Source: Deltaproteobacteria bacterium
GTDB taxonomy: Bacteria; Desulfobacterota; JAENJC01
DNA length: 64,000 bases
NCBI GenBank assembly: GCA_030646755.1
Contig: JAUSKU010000092.1
Span: forward strand, 14,270 to 78,269
Reading direction: 5' to 3'
Made by a program: the position numbers and the translations under genes. Of this stretch, positions 10,229-21,154 are shown piece after piece; position 1 is the first letter of the stretch, and the number at the start of each line of letters is the position of its first letter. The notes below the pieces were generated by a model, which had not been told where the DNA came from, did not search any database, and was given only the letters and a program-made list of their open reading frames with translations.

Positions 10229-11148
10229 CAGTTAAGTCCAGTCCATATTCCATAGATAAACCCTGCCGAAAGTATTATCCAGGTCAGCACGAATGTCTGT
10301 ATGGTCCCAGCTGAGGATGCTGTCATTGTGGGAATATCCTGAGGGGATACGGAAAGCCTTGTTACAATTCCATTTACCTTCGGTATGAGGAGGAGAGAAA
10401 TGGCAGATATCGCAGGAAGGATATGAAGCGCAAGGCCGATAAGTATGAGGCCGAAAGCAGAATATAATATCGCCCGGTACAGGACCACCCCTCTTTCAAG
10501 TCCCAATATAACTACGAGATTCCTCTTACCAGTCTCTTTATCAGCCTCAAAGTCAGGAAATTCGTTTACAGTAATGATCGCTGAGGAGAATAAGCCGATG
10601 ATTATCGATACAAACAGCGCGTCGAGAGTAAAGGTACGGGCCTGGCTGTAGTATGCGGTCATAAGGATGAAGGGACCGAAGTTCAGCCCTATGAATAACT
10701 CGCCCAGCCCCCGATATGCAAACTTGAACGGTGGTGCGGAATAAAAATATCCCGAAAAAGCGCCTGTAATGGCAAGGAGCAGTATAGTAAACCCTGAGAT
10801 ATATGCCAGGATGCAAAGGGGTATGAAGCCGATTGCAAAGGATGCTATGGCAACATTTCTTATGGCAACGGGGCTCAAAAGGCCTTCAATGATGACCCTC
10901 GTCCCGCCGCTGAAAGGGGTCTGAACCTTGTTTATGACATCGGTTTTAAAGATATAGTCGTAGTAATCGTTTATAAGGTTCGTCCCTATGTGGAAGGCCC
11001 AAATGCCTGAAATGGCAAGGATGAAATTTGTGAATGAAAAGGGATGGCCGCTTCGCAGGGCCAAAAGCAGACCTGTTGATGCCGGGATGAAACTGACGAT
11101 GAAGAATGCCCTGTAAAAACCTATGGCCCTGAGCCAGGACTCAATCAT
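10228..11148 (-). CDS. menA: UbiA/MenA family prenyltransferase
   Basis: NLINDYYD, FSGG, YSAPP...GLGEL, NEFPDFEADKETGKRNL motifs. Confidence 0.8.
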   Translation of the reverse strand: MIESWLRAIGFYRAFFIVSFIPASTGLLLALRSGHPFSFTNFILAISGIWAFHIGTNLINDYYDYIFKTDVINKVQTPFSGGTRVIIEGLLSPVAIRNVAIASFAIGFIPLCILAYISGFTILLLAITGAFSGYFYSAPPFKFAYRGLGELFIGLNFGPFILMTAYYSQARTFTLDALFVSIIIGLFSSAIITVNEFPDFEADKETGKRNLVVILGLERGVVLYRAILYSAFGLILIGLALHILPAISAISLLLIPKVNGIVTRLSVSPQDIPTMTASSAGTIQTFVLTWIILSAGFIYGIWTGLN

Positions 11149-12707
11149 TAGAATCTCAACCTGAACTCGCCAACCAGATTTGCCGCATCCCCCGCACCCT
11201 TTCCAAAGTAATCACCGGTAACAAAGAGATGACCTCCGTAGAGGGAGAAGTTCACGTCCGGTGTGAAGTAATATTCAACTAAGCCGTCCAGTTCGAAGCC
11301 AATGTCGGATGAGTCTGTAACAGGATTTGGTTCGCTGGCCTTCAGGTATGCACCTCCGAAATAGAAGCGGTGCCTTGGAAGGCCTGTGTAGTCCCAGGAA
11401 AGCATGGCAAATGTAGTGTTCTCAAGGCCTCCTGTACCAAAGCTGTAATATCCTTTATTTGTGCCTATTGGATGCGGGCCTGGTTTTATATTCAGCATAC
11501 CGGGAACACCGGCACCCGGAGAAAGGTATTCATATACCTCCATATACTTTCCGATATATCTTTCAGTATATCCCTCACCGGTTCCAAAGTTGTTGTCAGG
11601 TGCAAAGAACCCTTCATAGTCAGTGGTCTCAGGATCATCTCCACTCCCGTAACCTGTAGAAAGGGCGATCCTGCTTGTCTCTGACATCTTGTAATCAACC
11701 TTTCCAAATAGGGCTAATCCCTTTATCTCTATATCCTCCTTTGCGGGGTTACTCGCATAGACATTCCCCCAGACATAAGAGCCTTCCAGCTTCGCCGTCA
11801 CTCTTTCATATTGCTTCTCTAACGCCACACCAAGGGCAGCCATATAACTCTCCTGCCCTTCGTAGTCTACCTGTGTAAATCCGGGCAGCAGATAAAGCGG
11901 TGAAAAATCGTTAAGGTCACCGGGCGCCTCGGAGATATGCATCTTGTTCAGCAGACCGAATAACTCCACCTCCAATGGGGTCTTTCTTTTCACATAGGCA
12001 ATATATGTGTCCTCATCATCATTGAGGGGTGAGCTCATCTCGGCATTCTCACCTTCCCACTGCCTTGTGTGCATTATTCCGATTTCATACTTTTCTCCCG
12101 GATAATAGAACCTGAAGCCGTCATGCCGGTTCCCAAACAGCAGGCCGTTCCCGATCTGCATATCCTGCCTTCCTATCCTGCCGCGCAAGCGAGACGGGTA
12201 AAGGCCTATGTCCATATAAAGCTGCTTGAACTCTACCTCCACGCTGTCGAACTTGTTTACAGTATCGCTATTCTGTCCCTCAAATATTGGAGATTGGTTC
12301 CCCCATACGGCATCCTCTATTTCCATGTCTACTATGAGCCTTGCCATAGAGTAAAAATCTGTCTCAGTATTTAACTGGAGCCGGTGGTCCCACCAGCCGT
12401 AATCATGACTTGTGGTCGATCCCTTCTCATAGGCCTTCAGAAGCTTTCCCCCCGTGTTTGTATAGTTGTTGGCGGTATTCACCTGGATCTGGGCCCTGTT
12501 CCTGTACTCTCCGCTTATCCTGAACCTTGAAACAGCCTCGTTGGCCGTCTCATTCTCCTTCTCTTTAAGCCTTTCGTTAAGCTCAGCAACCTGCTTTTCA
12601 AGGGAATCGAGCCTCTCCTCGAGATAGCTATCTTCCGCCATAGAAGCGCAAGGCGTCAGCATGATAAAAAAAATTAAAAACAGTATCTCAATCGTTGCCA
12701 TGATCAT
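11148..12707 (-). CDS. Outer-membrane beta-barrel (porin/alginate-export-like) with N-terminal coiled coil
   Basis: Signal peptide, short coiled coil, ISGEYRNR, GRIGRQ, YGSGDD, DIGFELD, terminal Phe. Confidence 0.7.
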   Translation of the reverse strand: MIMATIEILFLIFFIMLTPCASMAEDSYLEERLDSLEKQVAELNERLKEKENETANEAVSRFRISGEYRNRAQIQVNTANNYTNTGGKLLKAYEKGSTTSHDYGWWDHRLQLNTETDFYSMARLIVDMEIEDAVWGNQSPIFEGQNSDTVNKFDSVEVEFKQLYMDIGLYPSRLRGRIGRQDMQIGNGLLFGNRHDGFRFYYPGEKYEIGIMHTRQWEGENAEMSSPLNDDEDTYIAYVKRKTPLEVELFGLLNKMHISEAPGDLNDFSPLYLLPGFTQVDYEGQESYMAALGVALEKQYERVTAKLEGSYVWGNVYASNPAKEDIEIKGLALFGKVDYKMSETSRIALSTGYGSGDDPETTDYEGFFAPDNNFGTGEGYTERYIGKYMEVYEYLSPGAGVPGMLNIKPGPHPIGTNKGYYSFGTGGLENTTFAMLSWDYTGLPRHRFYFGGAYLKASEPNPVTDSSDIGFELDGLVEYYFTPDVNFSLYGGHLFVTGDYFGKGAGDAANLVGEFRLRF

Positions 12708-12715
12708 TCCTTAAG

Positions 12716-13201
12716 TCATCGAGAACAAGACGTAAGGTTTAAGAACCTTTCGTACTTTTCCCCGTTTGCAGTAACCTCTATCTCCCTCTCAGTCTCACCT
12801 ATTCTGTTAATGGTGATCCTCAGGCATTCAGCAGGTATCGCCTCTTCGACATTTGATGCCCATTCCAGGGCGGAAACGCCATCGCCATATAGATATTCCC
12901 TGTATCCAATCTCTTCCAATTCATCAAGGTCTGAGAGCCTATAAAGATCGAAGTGATAAAGGGGAATTCTTCCTTCGTGGACGTTCAGGATTGTAAAGGT
13001 GGGGCTCCTGACGTAAGATTCCTTAGATACTTCAAGCCCCTGTGCAAGCCCCTGAATCAGACAGGTCTTCCCAGCCCCCAGATCACCGTCAAGGGCTATG
13101 ACGTCTCCAGGTTGGCAAAGTCTGCCTATTTTGATCCCCAGCTTCCGGGTCTCTTCAGGACAATGACTGACCACTGACCACCGACCACTGACCACTGTCA
13201 T
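12716..13201 (-). CDS. tsaE: tRNA t6A biosynthesis ATPase TsaE
   Basis: GDLGAGKT, SPTFT, HFDLYRL, EW motifs. Confidence 0.95.
   Translation of the reverse strand: MTVVSGRWSVVSHCPEETRKLGIKIGRLCQPGDVIALDGDLGAGKTCLIQGLAQGLEVSKESYVRSPTFTILNVHEGRIPLYHFDLYRLSDLDELEEIGYREYLYGDGVSALEWASNVEEAIPAECLRITINRIGETEREIEVTANGEKYERFLNLTSCSR
13164..13200. repeat. Heptamer tandem repeat (CCACTGA)n inside the tsaE 5' end
   Basis: tgactgaccactgaccaccgaccactgaccactgtca. Confidence 0.8.
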
Positions 13202-13650
13202 CCCTTCGCTGATGCACGAACCACGTCTGCCTTGCCTATGATCCCGACCAGTTTATCTCCATCGACAACCGGTATGGTATAAACCTTCTTTTCTGACATT
13301 ATCGTGGCTATCTCACGAACAGGGGTATCAGAGGTAACAGTTATCGGGTCTTCGGTGTAGATGTCCTCTACCTTAGCCCCTGTCATCTTTTTCAGCTCCT
13401 TCTCAAAGTGTTTTTCGCTTTCGAGAAATATCACTGAGTCAAGAATAGTAAAGACCGTTGGGAGGTGAAGGGACTTGGACTGCTCCACCAGGTCGCTTTC
13501 CGTAACCACTCCTATGACCTTTCCAGAATTATCAACGACTGGGACACCGCTTATCCCGCTCATTGTAAATATTTCAGCCAGCTCAGAAACATTTGTTTCT
13601 TTCTTAACGGTTATTACATCCTTTGTCATTATATCTTTTGCTGTAAGCAT
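13198..13650 (-). CDS. CBS-domain pair protein
   Basis: AKDIMTKDVITV, ISGVPVVD, IPVVDGDKLVGII; AAGGAG RBS. Confidence 0.9.
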   Translation of the reverse strand: MLTAKDIMTKDVITVKKETNVSELAEIFTMSGISGVPVVDNSGKVIGVVTESDLVEQSKSLHLPTVFTILDSVIFLESEKHFEKELKKMTGAKVEDIYTEDPITVTSDTPVREIATIMSEKKVYTIPVVDGDKLVGIIGKADVVRASAKG

Positions 13651-13666
13651 CATCTGACTCCTTTTA

Positions 13667-13756
13667 GTGACCGGTGGCCAGTGGCCGGTGGTCAGTTGAA
13701 CTATTGATTTAATTGCAATTGCCGACCACTGATCACTGACCACTGACCACTGACTT
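13667..13756. repeat. Inverted pair of heptamer repeat tracts (gtggcca/gtggtca versus ccactga)
   Basis: Two complementary tracts; the right tract overlaps the nnr stop codon. Confidence 0.8.
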
Positions 13757-15274
13757 TATTGCATAAGGTATCTTCTCTATCAGATCCGTTGCCATTATAC
13801 CATACTCGCCCTTTTCTTCCCTTACCATGTCCCCCGCAACTCCGTGAAGGTAAACCGATGCAATGGCTGCTTGTTCAGGGTTGAATCCCTGGGCGAGGAG
13901 TCCCCCTATCATGCCTGTAAGCGCATCTCCGGTTCCGGCTGTGGCCATCCCAGGATTCCCTGTGGTATTTATGAAGACCCTGCCTTCAGGCACCGCAATT
14001 ACCGTATGGGCCCCCTTTAATACGACAAAGACATTGTTCTCTTCGGCAAATGCCTTGGCTGTCCCTACCCTGTCAGCCTGGACATCCATGGAGGAGATGC
14101 CGAGCAGTCTTCCCATTTCCCCCGGATGGGGTGTTATAACTCTTGGCCCTTTGGCGTCTTTCAATATGCCCGGGTTGGCAATTATGGCATCTATCCCGCC
14201 TGCATCTATTACAACGGGCTGATAGAGCTCCTTGATAAGTCCTGCCATGACTTTAACGGCAGCGGAAGTTGGCTCAATCCCTGAGCCAAGGGCAACTGCA
14301 TTTTTATCTTCCGAAAGAGCGAGTATCTCTCCCAGGGCGTTTTCACCTATGGACCATTTCTCGGCCTCGGAAAGAGCTTCAGTCATAACCTCCGTTAATT
14401 TCACCTCGTAAATCGGCTGAAGGTTCTTGGGTGCCGCCAGTGTTACAAGACCTGCTCCGGACCTGAGGGCGGATGTACAGGCCATGGCGGCAGCCCCGGT
14501 TTTCCCCTTGCTTCCCGCAACTACAAGAAGGTGGCCGAATATCCCCTTGTGCGTATCTTTCGGTCTTTCAGGGAATAGCGGTGTGATATCCACTTTTTCT
14601 ATGATCCCGGTCTTAATACCCTCTCCCGAAACAAGGGCTTCCGGGAACCCTATATCTATAACCTCTATCTTGCCAGCGTAGTCACTTCCAGGGAAGAGAT
14701 ACAGGCCTACTTTGGGGATCCCGAAGGTTATGGTAAGCTCGGCCCTTATAGCAGCGCCCATTATCTGGCCTGTGTTCGGATCAATGCCTGACGGGATGTC
14801 CGCGGCAACGACCTTTTTATTTAAGGCGTTTACACCATCGATGACGGCCTTCAACCGTCCTGAGACACCTGAAATAAGCCCGGTCCCCAAGATCGCATCC
14901 ACTATTATATCTGCCTTTGCCGCGCCGGAAACGGTTTTCCTGAAGTCCTCCTCTTCAGATATCTCGAACAGCTTCCCCTTGAATTTATCAAGGTTTACCT
15001 TGGCATTACCATTGATCTCGTCTTTGCGGCACAGCAGGAAAACAACGACATTTGCCTTACCTGAAAGGTACCTGGCCGCAACAAGGCCATCTCCTCCGTT
15101 GTTCCCTTTACCGCAGAAGATGGCAATCCTTTTCGCATCAGGATAGTGCTTCTGGATAACCTTTGCCAGCCCCTTCCCTGCATTTTCCATGAGGTCAAGG
15201 GTTGGTGTCCCGAAGACCTCTGCGGCCGTCCTGTCAATCTCCTTCATCTCAGATGCTGTGACTAATGGTAGCAA
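13733..15274 (-). CDS. nnr: Bifunctional NAD(P)HX epimerase/dehydratase
   Basis: LMENAG, GKGNNGGDG, DIPSG, HKG, TPHPGEM, GMATAGTGD motifs. Confidence 0.95.
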   Translation of the reverse strand: MLPLVTASEMKEIDRTAAEVFGTPTLDLMENAGKGLAKVIQKHYPDAKRIAIFCGKGNNGGDGLVAARYLSGKANVVVFLLCRKDEINGNAKVNLDKFKGKLFEISEEEDFRKTVSGAAKADIIVDAILGTGLISGVSGRLKAVIDGVNALNKKVVAADIPSGIDPNTGQIMGAAIRAELTITFGIPKVGLYLFPGSDYAGKIEVIDIGFPEALVSGEGIKTGIIEKVDITPLFPERPKDTHKGIFGHLLVVAGSKGKTGAAAMACTSALRSGAGLVTLAAPKNLQPIYEVKLTEVMTEALSEAEKWSIGENALGEILALSEDKNAVALGSGIEPTSAAVKVMAGLIKELYQPVVIDAGGIDAIIANPGILKDAKGPRVITPHPGEMGRLLGISSMDVQADRVGTAKAFAEENNVFVVLKGAHTVIAVPEGRVFINTTGNPGMATAGTGDALTGMIGGLLAQGFNPEQAAIASVYLHGVAGDMVREEKGEYGIMATDLIEKIPYAIKSVVSGQ

Positions 15275-15372
15275 AAAAACCTCCGACTCATTTAGTCTTT
15301 GGAGCCTGTATTTATTAACATTTTGCTGACCTGCTTTTACAAAAAAAAACGCATCTGATTGCGCCCTCGCCC

Positions 15373-18063
15373 TTATTTTTTATTATCCCTTATCGCCGCC
15401 TGCGCTGCGGAAAGCCTTGCAATAGGCACCCTGAAAGGAGAACAGGATACATAATCAAGCCCGTTCTTATGGCAGAATTCAACGGATGCAGGGTCACCTC
15501 CGTGCTCGCCACATAGACCAAGCTTGAGCTTAGGCCGTGTTGCTCTCCCCTTCTCAACTGCCATCTTTATAAGGAAACCTACCCCGTCCTGGTCCAGGGA
15601 CTGGAAAGGGTCGGCCTTGAATACTCCGGCCTTTTTCTCATCCACGTAATCGGGGAGGAACCTTCCGGCGTCATCCCTCGACATCCCAAGGGTCATCTGC
15701 GTCAGGTCGTTGGTGCCGAAGGAAAAGAACTCCGCAACCTCTGCTATCCTGTCGGCAAGCAAAGCCGCCCTGGGAACCTCAATCATTGTGCCAACGAGGT
15801 ATTCAACCTTTACGCCCTTCTCGGCCATGACGGCATCGGCCACCTCTCTTGTCTTTGTCTCAAGTATCTTGAGTTCCTTTTTATCTATGACGAGTGGATG
15901 CATTATCTCAGGAAATACCTTCCCCCCGTTGGCTTGGCATTCACAGGCAGCCTCCATTATTGCCCGAACCTGCATCTCCAGTATCTCAGGATAGCTTATG
16001 GCGAGCCTGCATCCTCTGTGCCCCAGCATGGGGTTGGCCTCATGAAGTCTCTCGACCCTGCGCCTTACGAGTTCATAAGGGACATCAATCTTTCTGGCAA
16101 GTTGCTTCTGACCACCCTCATCCTGGGGAACAAATTCGTGAAGAGGAGGGTCAATAAGCCTGATGGTAACGGGCTTCCCGTCCATGGCCTTGAATATCCC
16201 TTTAAAATCCTCTCTCTGAAAGGGTAGTATCTTCTCAAGGGCAATAATCCGTTGCTCGAGAGTATCCGCAATTATCATCTCCTGTATGGCAAGGCGGCGT
16301 TCCTCGGTCTCAAAGAACATATGCTCCGTGCGGCAGAGACCTATGCCCTCGGCACCAAGTCTCACTCCATTTTGGGCGTCATGAGGGGTGTCGGCATTGG
16401 TCCTGACTCTAAGCTTCCTCACTTCATCGGCCCATTTCATGATGGCATAATAGGCCTCAGGAAGTTCGGGCTTTATAAGGCTAAGGGATGTCATGTATAT
16501 ATCGCCGGTTGAACCGTTTATAGTTATCTCATCCCCTTCGACCAGGGTCTTGCTCCCTATAACCATGGTCTTATTATTGTAGTCTACAGAAAGGGCCTCG
16601 CACCCGACAATGCAGCACTTTCCCCATCCTCTGGCAACGACAGCGGCATGAGATGTCTTCCCTCCTGTGGCTGTCAATATCCCCTGTGCCGCGTGCATAC
16701 CTCCAACGTCTTCAGGACTGGTCTCCTTGCGGACAAGTATGACCTTCTTCCCTTTTGCAGACCATTCCTCCGCGTCCTTGGCAGTGAACACTATCTTCCC
16801 CGCCGCTGCCCCCGGAACCGCATCAATTCCACTGGCAAGGTACTTTTCCTCCAGCTCACCCTGGGATATCTTAGAATCTATGACAGGGTAGAATAGCCCC
16901 TCTATCTCCTTGTCAGTCATGCGAAGAAGTGCTTCTTCCTTTGTTATGAGCCCCTCATTTACCATATCAACCGCTATCTTGAACGCAGCTAGAGGAGAAC
17001 GCTTGCCTGAACGGCACTGGAGGATGTAGAGTTTTTCCTCTTCCACTGTAAACTCTATGTCCTGCATGTCTTTGTAGTGTTTTTCCAGGTTCAGACGCAC
17101 ATCGCAGAGCTGCTCATAGACCTTAGGCAGCTGTACATTGAGTTCGCTCAGGTGTATAGGGGTCCTGATACCTGCAACCACGTCCTCGCCCTGGGCGTTC
17201 ATCAAAAGGTCGCCGTAAAAGGTATTCTCCCCCGTATTGGGGTCTCGGGTAAAACAGACGCCGGTACCGGATGTCTCACCCTTGTTTCCAAAGACCATCT
17301 GAACAACGTTCACGGCTGTACCGTGGAGACCGCTTATTTTTTCTATCTCCCTGTACGTTACGGCCTTATCCGCCATCCAAGAGCCGAATACAGCATTTAT
17401 TGCCCCCCACATCTGCTCTACAGGCTCCTGCGGGAAATCTTCTCCGGTATGTTTCTTATAGACACCCTTTAGCAGGGGGATCAACTGTTCAAGTTCGGCC
17501 TCATTTACATCGGTGTCGAGGACCTTCTGATTCTTGGGTATGTTGAGCCTCGCCCTTGTCTTATTCTCTTTTATCTCTTCAAACTTATGCTCGAACTCAT
17601 CCTTTTTAACCCCCATGGCAATGGAGCCGTACATGACAATAAAACGCCGGTATGCATCGAGAGCAAACCGGCGGTTACTTGTCTTCTTTGCAAGGCCTTC
17701 AACAGACTTGTCGTTAAGTCCAAGGTTTAGAATAGTCTCCATCATCCCCGGCATGGAGCGGGCAGCCCCTGAACGTACTGAGACCAGCAGTGGGTCATTG
17801 GCATCGCCAAGCCTCTTTCCAACAAGGGCTTCAAGCCTGTCGAGGTGCTCTTTTACCTCTTTATCAAGGCCGTTGGGGTAGCTCCGGTTGTTCTTGTAAA
17901 ACTGATCGCAGACCTCAGTGGTTATGGTAAAACCCGCGGGCACGGGCAACCCCAAGTTTGTCATCTCTGCAAGGCCTGCGCCCTTACCGCCAAGAAGGTC
18001 CTTCGCGTCTCCCCTGCCTTCGGCCTTTCCACCCCCGAAGAAATAGACATACTTCTGAGCCAT
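15373..18063 (-). CDS. ppdK: Pyruvate, phosphate dikinase
   Basis: LLGGKGAGLAEM, SMPGMM, TSHAAVVARG, GIGLCRTEHMF, SFGTNDLTQ, CGEHGG motifs. Confidence 0.97.
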   Translation of the reverse strand: MAQKYVYFFGGGKAEGRGDAKDLLGGKGAGLAEMTNLGLPVPAGFTITTEVCDQFYKNNRSYPNGLDKEVKEHLDRLEALVGKRLGDANDPLLVSVRSGAARSMPGMMETILNLGLNDKSVEGLAKKTSNRRFALDAYRRFIVMYGSIAMGVKKDEFEHKFEEIKENKTRARLNIPKNQKVLDTDVNEAELEQLIPLLKGVYKKHTGEDFPQEPVEQMWGAINAVFGSWMADKAVTYREIEKISGLHGTAVNVVQMVFGNKGETSGTGVCFTRDPNTGENTFYGDLLMNAQGEDVVAGIRTPIHLSELNVQLPKVYEQLCDVRLNLEKHYKDMQDIEFTVEEEKLYILQCRSGKRSPLAAFKIAVDMVNEGLITKEEALLRMTDKEIEGLFYPVIDSKISQGELEEKYLASGIDAVPGAAAGKIVFTAKDAEEWSAKGKKVILVRKETSPEDVGGMHAAQGILTATGGKTSHAAVVARGWGKCCIVGCEALSVDYNNKTMVIGSKTLVEGDEITINGSTGDIYMTSLSLIKPELPEAYYAIMKWADEVRKLRVRTNADTPHDAQNGVRLGAEGIGLCRTEHMFFETEERRLAIQEMIIADTLEQRIIALEKILPFQREDFKGIFKAMDGKPVTIRLIDPPLHEFVPQDEGGQKQLARKIDVPYELVRRRVERLHEANPMLGHRGCRLAISYPEILEMQVRAIMEAACECQANGGKVFPEIMHPLVIDKKELKILETKTREVADAVMAEKGVKVEYLVGTMIEVPRAALLADRIAEVAEFFSFGTNDLTQMTLGMSRDDAGRFLPDYVDEKKAGVFKADPFQSLDQDGVGFLIKMAVEKGRATRPKLKLGLCGEHGGDPASVEFCHKNGLDYVSCSPFRVPIARLSAAQAAIRDNKK

Positions 18064-18086
18064 TAGAAAACCTCCTGAAATTTTAT

Positions 18087-18127
18087 TAGTGGCCGGTTTA
18101 AGGGACCACTGATCACTGACCACTGGT
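18087..18127. repeat. Heptamer repeat (CCACTGA) tract at the glyS stop
   Basis: gaccactgatcactgaccactgg. Confidence 0.7.
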
Positions 18128-20194
18128 AGTTGTTATTTTTGAAAAATCTGCAAACCCTGAGAATATATCAGAGACCCCCCATAAAAGGGCAAGCCTGTTG
18201 TTTTTTATCTTCTCGTCCTTATCCATTACCATAACGCCGTCAAAAAAGGCATCTACAGGACCTTTAAGTGTTGAGACTTCAATCAACGCGGAGTCGAAAT
18301 CCTCTTGAAGTGTAAGTTTCGGAACCGTTACCCTAACCATGCTTGAAGAGTCATAAAGTACCCTCTCTGCCTGATGCTGAAACAGCGATGAATCAACAGT
18401 AGTTCTTGCTGTCCCCCTGGTGATATTTCCAGCTCTCTTAAATGCAATGGCCAAGGGCTCAAAATCAGGCCTCTTCTTAATCTCTGAGAGAGCCCTTACT
18501 ATCCTGGCTGACCTTACAATATCATCGAAATTAGCGGACAGCACTGCATCCACCACATCAGCAGGATATCCATCCCCAGTCAGGAGGTTCATAACCCTGA
18601 CTCTTATATACTCCATGACCTCTTTTTTTACGTCTTCGGCAGGCCTTGTAATCTTGCCGCTCAAAAGTTCTATTGCCTTATCTGCAAGCATTGAGATTGA
18701 AATCCTGTAGTTTCTTGTCAGTATGATGTTAATAATCGCTATGGTATGTCTTCTAAGGGCAAAAGGATCGGTTGCGCCGGTTGGAATCTGGCCTATGCCA
18801 AAACAGCCGCAGATAGTATCAATCCTGTCTGCTATGCTTAAAATAGCCCCGGCATCGCTCACAGGAACACCATCCTCCGCAAATCGAGGCAGATAATGGT
18901 CATAGATAGCTGCGGCAACTTCCGCATCCTCATTGGCAACACGGGCATACTCCCTGCCCATGATACCTTGAAGCTCAGGGAATTCACCTACCATACCTGT
19001 CACAAGGTCGGCCTTGCAAAGGTATGCAGCTCTTGAAACGGTTTCTTTTACTTCCGGCTTTAAGATATCGGCCAGAAACAGAGTGATACTCTTAAACCTC
19101 TCCATCTTTTCATAGACAGTGCCCAACTTGGCCTGAAAGACTACGCCTTTCAGCTTCTCCACCCTTTTTTCTAAAGGTATCTTCTTGTCCTCGTTATAGA
19201 AAAAGGCAGCATCTGAAAGCCTTGCCCTGAGAACTCTTTCATTTCCTTTTCTCACCACATCTATATCTTTAGCCGCAGTGTTGCTTACTGCTATGAAATG
19301 AGGGAGAAGGATTCCATCCTTGTCAACAAGCGAGAAGTACTTCTGATGCTTCCTCATGGCAGTAATCAAGACATCTTTAGGGAGATTCAGGAACTCCCCT
19401 TCAAAGCTGCCAAGTAAGGCTACCGGATATTCAACGAGAAATGCAACCGTATCAAGCAACTCCTTGTCCTCTATTACCAAGCCATTAGAAGAAGATGCCA
19501 GCTTATGAACCTGCTCCCTGATTATCGCCTTTCTCTTCTCATGGTCTACAATCACAAACCCCTTCTCAGTCTTGTCGAGATAATCCGCAAGGCCGCTTAC
19601 CTTGAATGACGCAGGCGCCATGAAACGATGCCCGCGAGACTCATTTCCGCTTTTTACCTCTCCAAAGCTGAAGGGTATTACATCGAAGCCAAACAGGGCG
19701 ACTATCCAGTGGATAGGCCTTGCAAACCTCACATCCAGGTCTCTCCAGCGCATAGACTTCCTGAAAGATATGGATGAAATGAGTCTTGGGAGTATTTCTT
19801 CCAAAAGGTCAGCAACAGGCCTTCCCTTCTCCTCTTTCTGTACAGCGAGGTACTCCCCCTTTGGGGTCTCGACTACCTTGAGGTCGGAGACATCAACACC
19901 CTGAGACCTGGCAAACCCTTCTGCCGCCTTTGTAAGGTTCCCTTTATCATCAAATGCAGCCTTCTTTGCAGGCCCCATCACCTGGATGGAGATGTCCTCC
20001 TGCATTTCCGCTACATTGGAGACGGAAAGGACAAGCCGCCTCGGAGTCCCGAAGGTCTTCACATCTCCATGCTTGATACGCAGGGAGGAAAGCTCCTTTC
20101 TAATAAGGGCATCCATCTCTTCAAGGGCCTTGGGGACAAACCCTGCGGGAATCTCCTCTGTGCCTATCTCTAAAAAAAGTTCTTTCAAAATCAC
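18113..20194 (-). CDS. glyS: Glycine-tRNA ligase beta subunit
   Basis: EIGTEEIP, TPRRL, FARPIHW, GEFPELQGIMG, DPFALRR motifs. Confidence 0.97.
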   Translation of the reverse strand: MILKELFLEIGTEEIPAGFVPKALEEMDALIRKELSSLRIKHGDVKTFGTPRRLVLSVSNVAEMQEDISIQVMGPAKKAAFDDKGNLTKAAEGFARSQGVDVSDLKVVETPKGEYLAVQKEEKGRPVADLLEEILPRLISSISFRKSMRWRDLDVRFARPIHWIVALFGFDVIPFSFGEVKSGNESRGHRFMAPASFKVSGLADYLDKTEKGFVIVDHEKRKAIIREQVHKLASSSNGLVIEDKELLDTVAFLVEYPVALLGSFEGEFLNLPKDVLITAMRKHQKYFSLVDKDGILLPHFIAVSNTAAKDIDVVRKGNERVLRARLSDAAFFYNEDKKIPLEKRVEKLKGVVFQAKLGTVYEKMERFKSITLFLADILKPEVKETVSRAAYLCKADLVTGMVGEFPELQGIMGREYARVANEDAEVAAAIYDHYLPRFAEDGVPVSDAGAILSIADRIDTICGCFGIGQIPTGATDPFALRRHTIAIINIILTRNYRISISMLADKAIELLSGKITRPAEDVKKEVMEYIRVRVMNLLTGDGYPADVVDAVLSANFDDIVRSARIVRALSEIKKRPDFEPLAIAFKRAGNITRGTARTTVDSSLFQHQAERVLYDSSSMVRVTVPKLTLQEDFDSALIEVSTLKGPVDAFFDGVMVMDKDEKIKNNRLALLWGVSDIFSGFADFSKITTTSGQ

Positions 20195-20202
20195 CTCATC
20201 TA

Positions 20203-20281
20203 AAAATCCCCCTCAATCCCCCTTTTTCAAAGGGGGAGCTAATATTCCCCCCTTTAGCAAAGGGGGGCGAGGGGGGATTTA
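20203..20281. repeat. REP-like double hairpin (ccccctttttcaaaggggg / cccccctttagcaaagggggg)
   Basis: Fills the glyQ-glyS gap; a related element lies at 49493-49550. Confidence 0.8.
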
Positions 20282-21154
20282 TTACGTGGTTTTCAACAGC
20301 GGAAACCCCAGCGTCTCCCTTTGCCTGAGATAACCTTCAGCGCATAACCTTGCCATGTTCCTTACCCTTCCTATAAACCTCGTCCTCTCAGTCACACTTA
20401 TGGCCCCTCTTGCGTCAAGGAGGTTGAAGGTGTGGGAGCACTTGAGGCAGTAGTCGTACGCAGGGAGTACAAGCCCTGTCTTAATAAGCCTCAATGCCTC
20501 CGCCTCATACATATCAAACAGCTTGAAGAGCATCTCTTTGTCGGCCTCTTCAAAGTTGTACTTTGAAAACTCCACCTCTGTCTGATAGTGGACTGCCCCG
20601 TATTTTATACCATGGCCCCACTCTATGTCGTAGACGTTGTTTCTCCCCTGGAGGTACATGGCAAGCCTCTCAACGCCGTATGTTATCTCTGCTGAAACAG
20701 GCTTGAGGTCTATCCCTCCCGCCTGCTGGAAGTAGGTGAACTGGGTTATCTCCATCCCGTCAAGCCACACCTCCCAGCCCAATCCCCAGGCGCCAAGGGT
20801 CGGGGACTCCCAGTCGTCCTCAACAAAACGGATGTCGTGCTCCATAGGATCTATCCCAATGGTCTTAAGGCTTTCAAGATAAAGCTCCTGGATATTGGAA
20901 GGTGAGGGCTTCATTATTACCTGGAACTGGTAGTAGTGCTGGAGGCGGTTTGGGTTTTCGCCGTACCTTCCATCAGTGGGCCTTCTTGATGGTTCAACGT
21001 AGGCCACGTTCCACGGTTCAGGCCCAAGGACCTGAAGAAATGTTGAGGGATTAAATGTCCCGGCCCCAACCTCAATGTCATAAGGCTGGCGGATGAGACA
21101 TCCTTTTTTTGCCCAGTAGTTTTGCAGAGAAAGGATCAGTTCCTGGAAGGTCAA
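20282..21154 (-). CDS. glyQ: Glycine-tRNA ligase alpha subunit
   Basis: [40 protein letters not shown] motifs. Confidence 0.98.
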   Translation of the reverse strand: MTFQELILSLQNYWAKKGCLIRQPYDIEVGAGTFNPSTFLQVLGPEPWNVAYVEPSRRPTDGRYGENPNRLQHYYQFQVIMKPSPSNIQELYLESLKTIGIDPMEHDIRFVEDDWESPTLGAWGLGWEVWLDGMEITQFTYFQQAGGIDLKPVSAEITYGVERLAMYLQGRNNVYDIEWGHGIKYGAVHYQTEVEFSKYNFEEADKEMLFKLFDMYEAEALRLIKTGLVLPAYDYCLKCSHTFNLLDARGAISVTERTRFIGRVRNMARLCAEGYLRQRETLGFPLLKTT

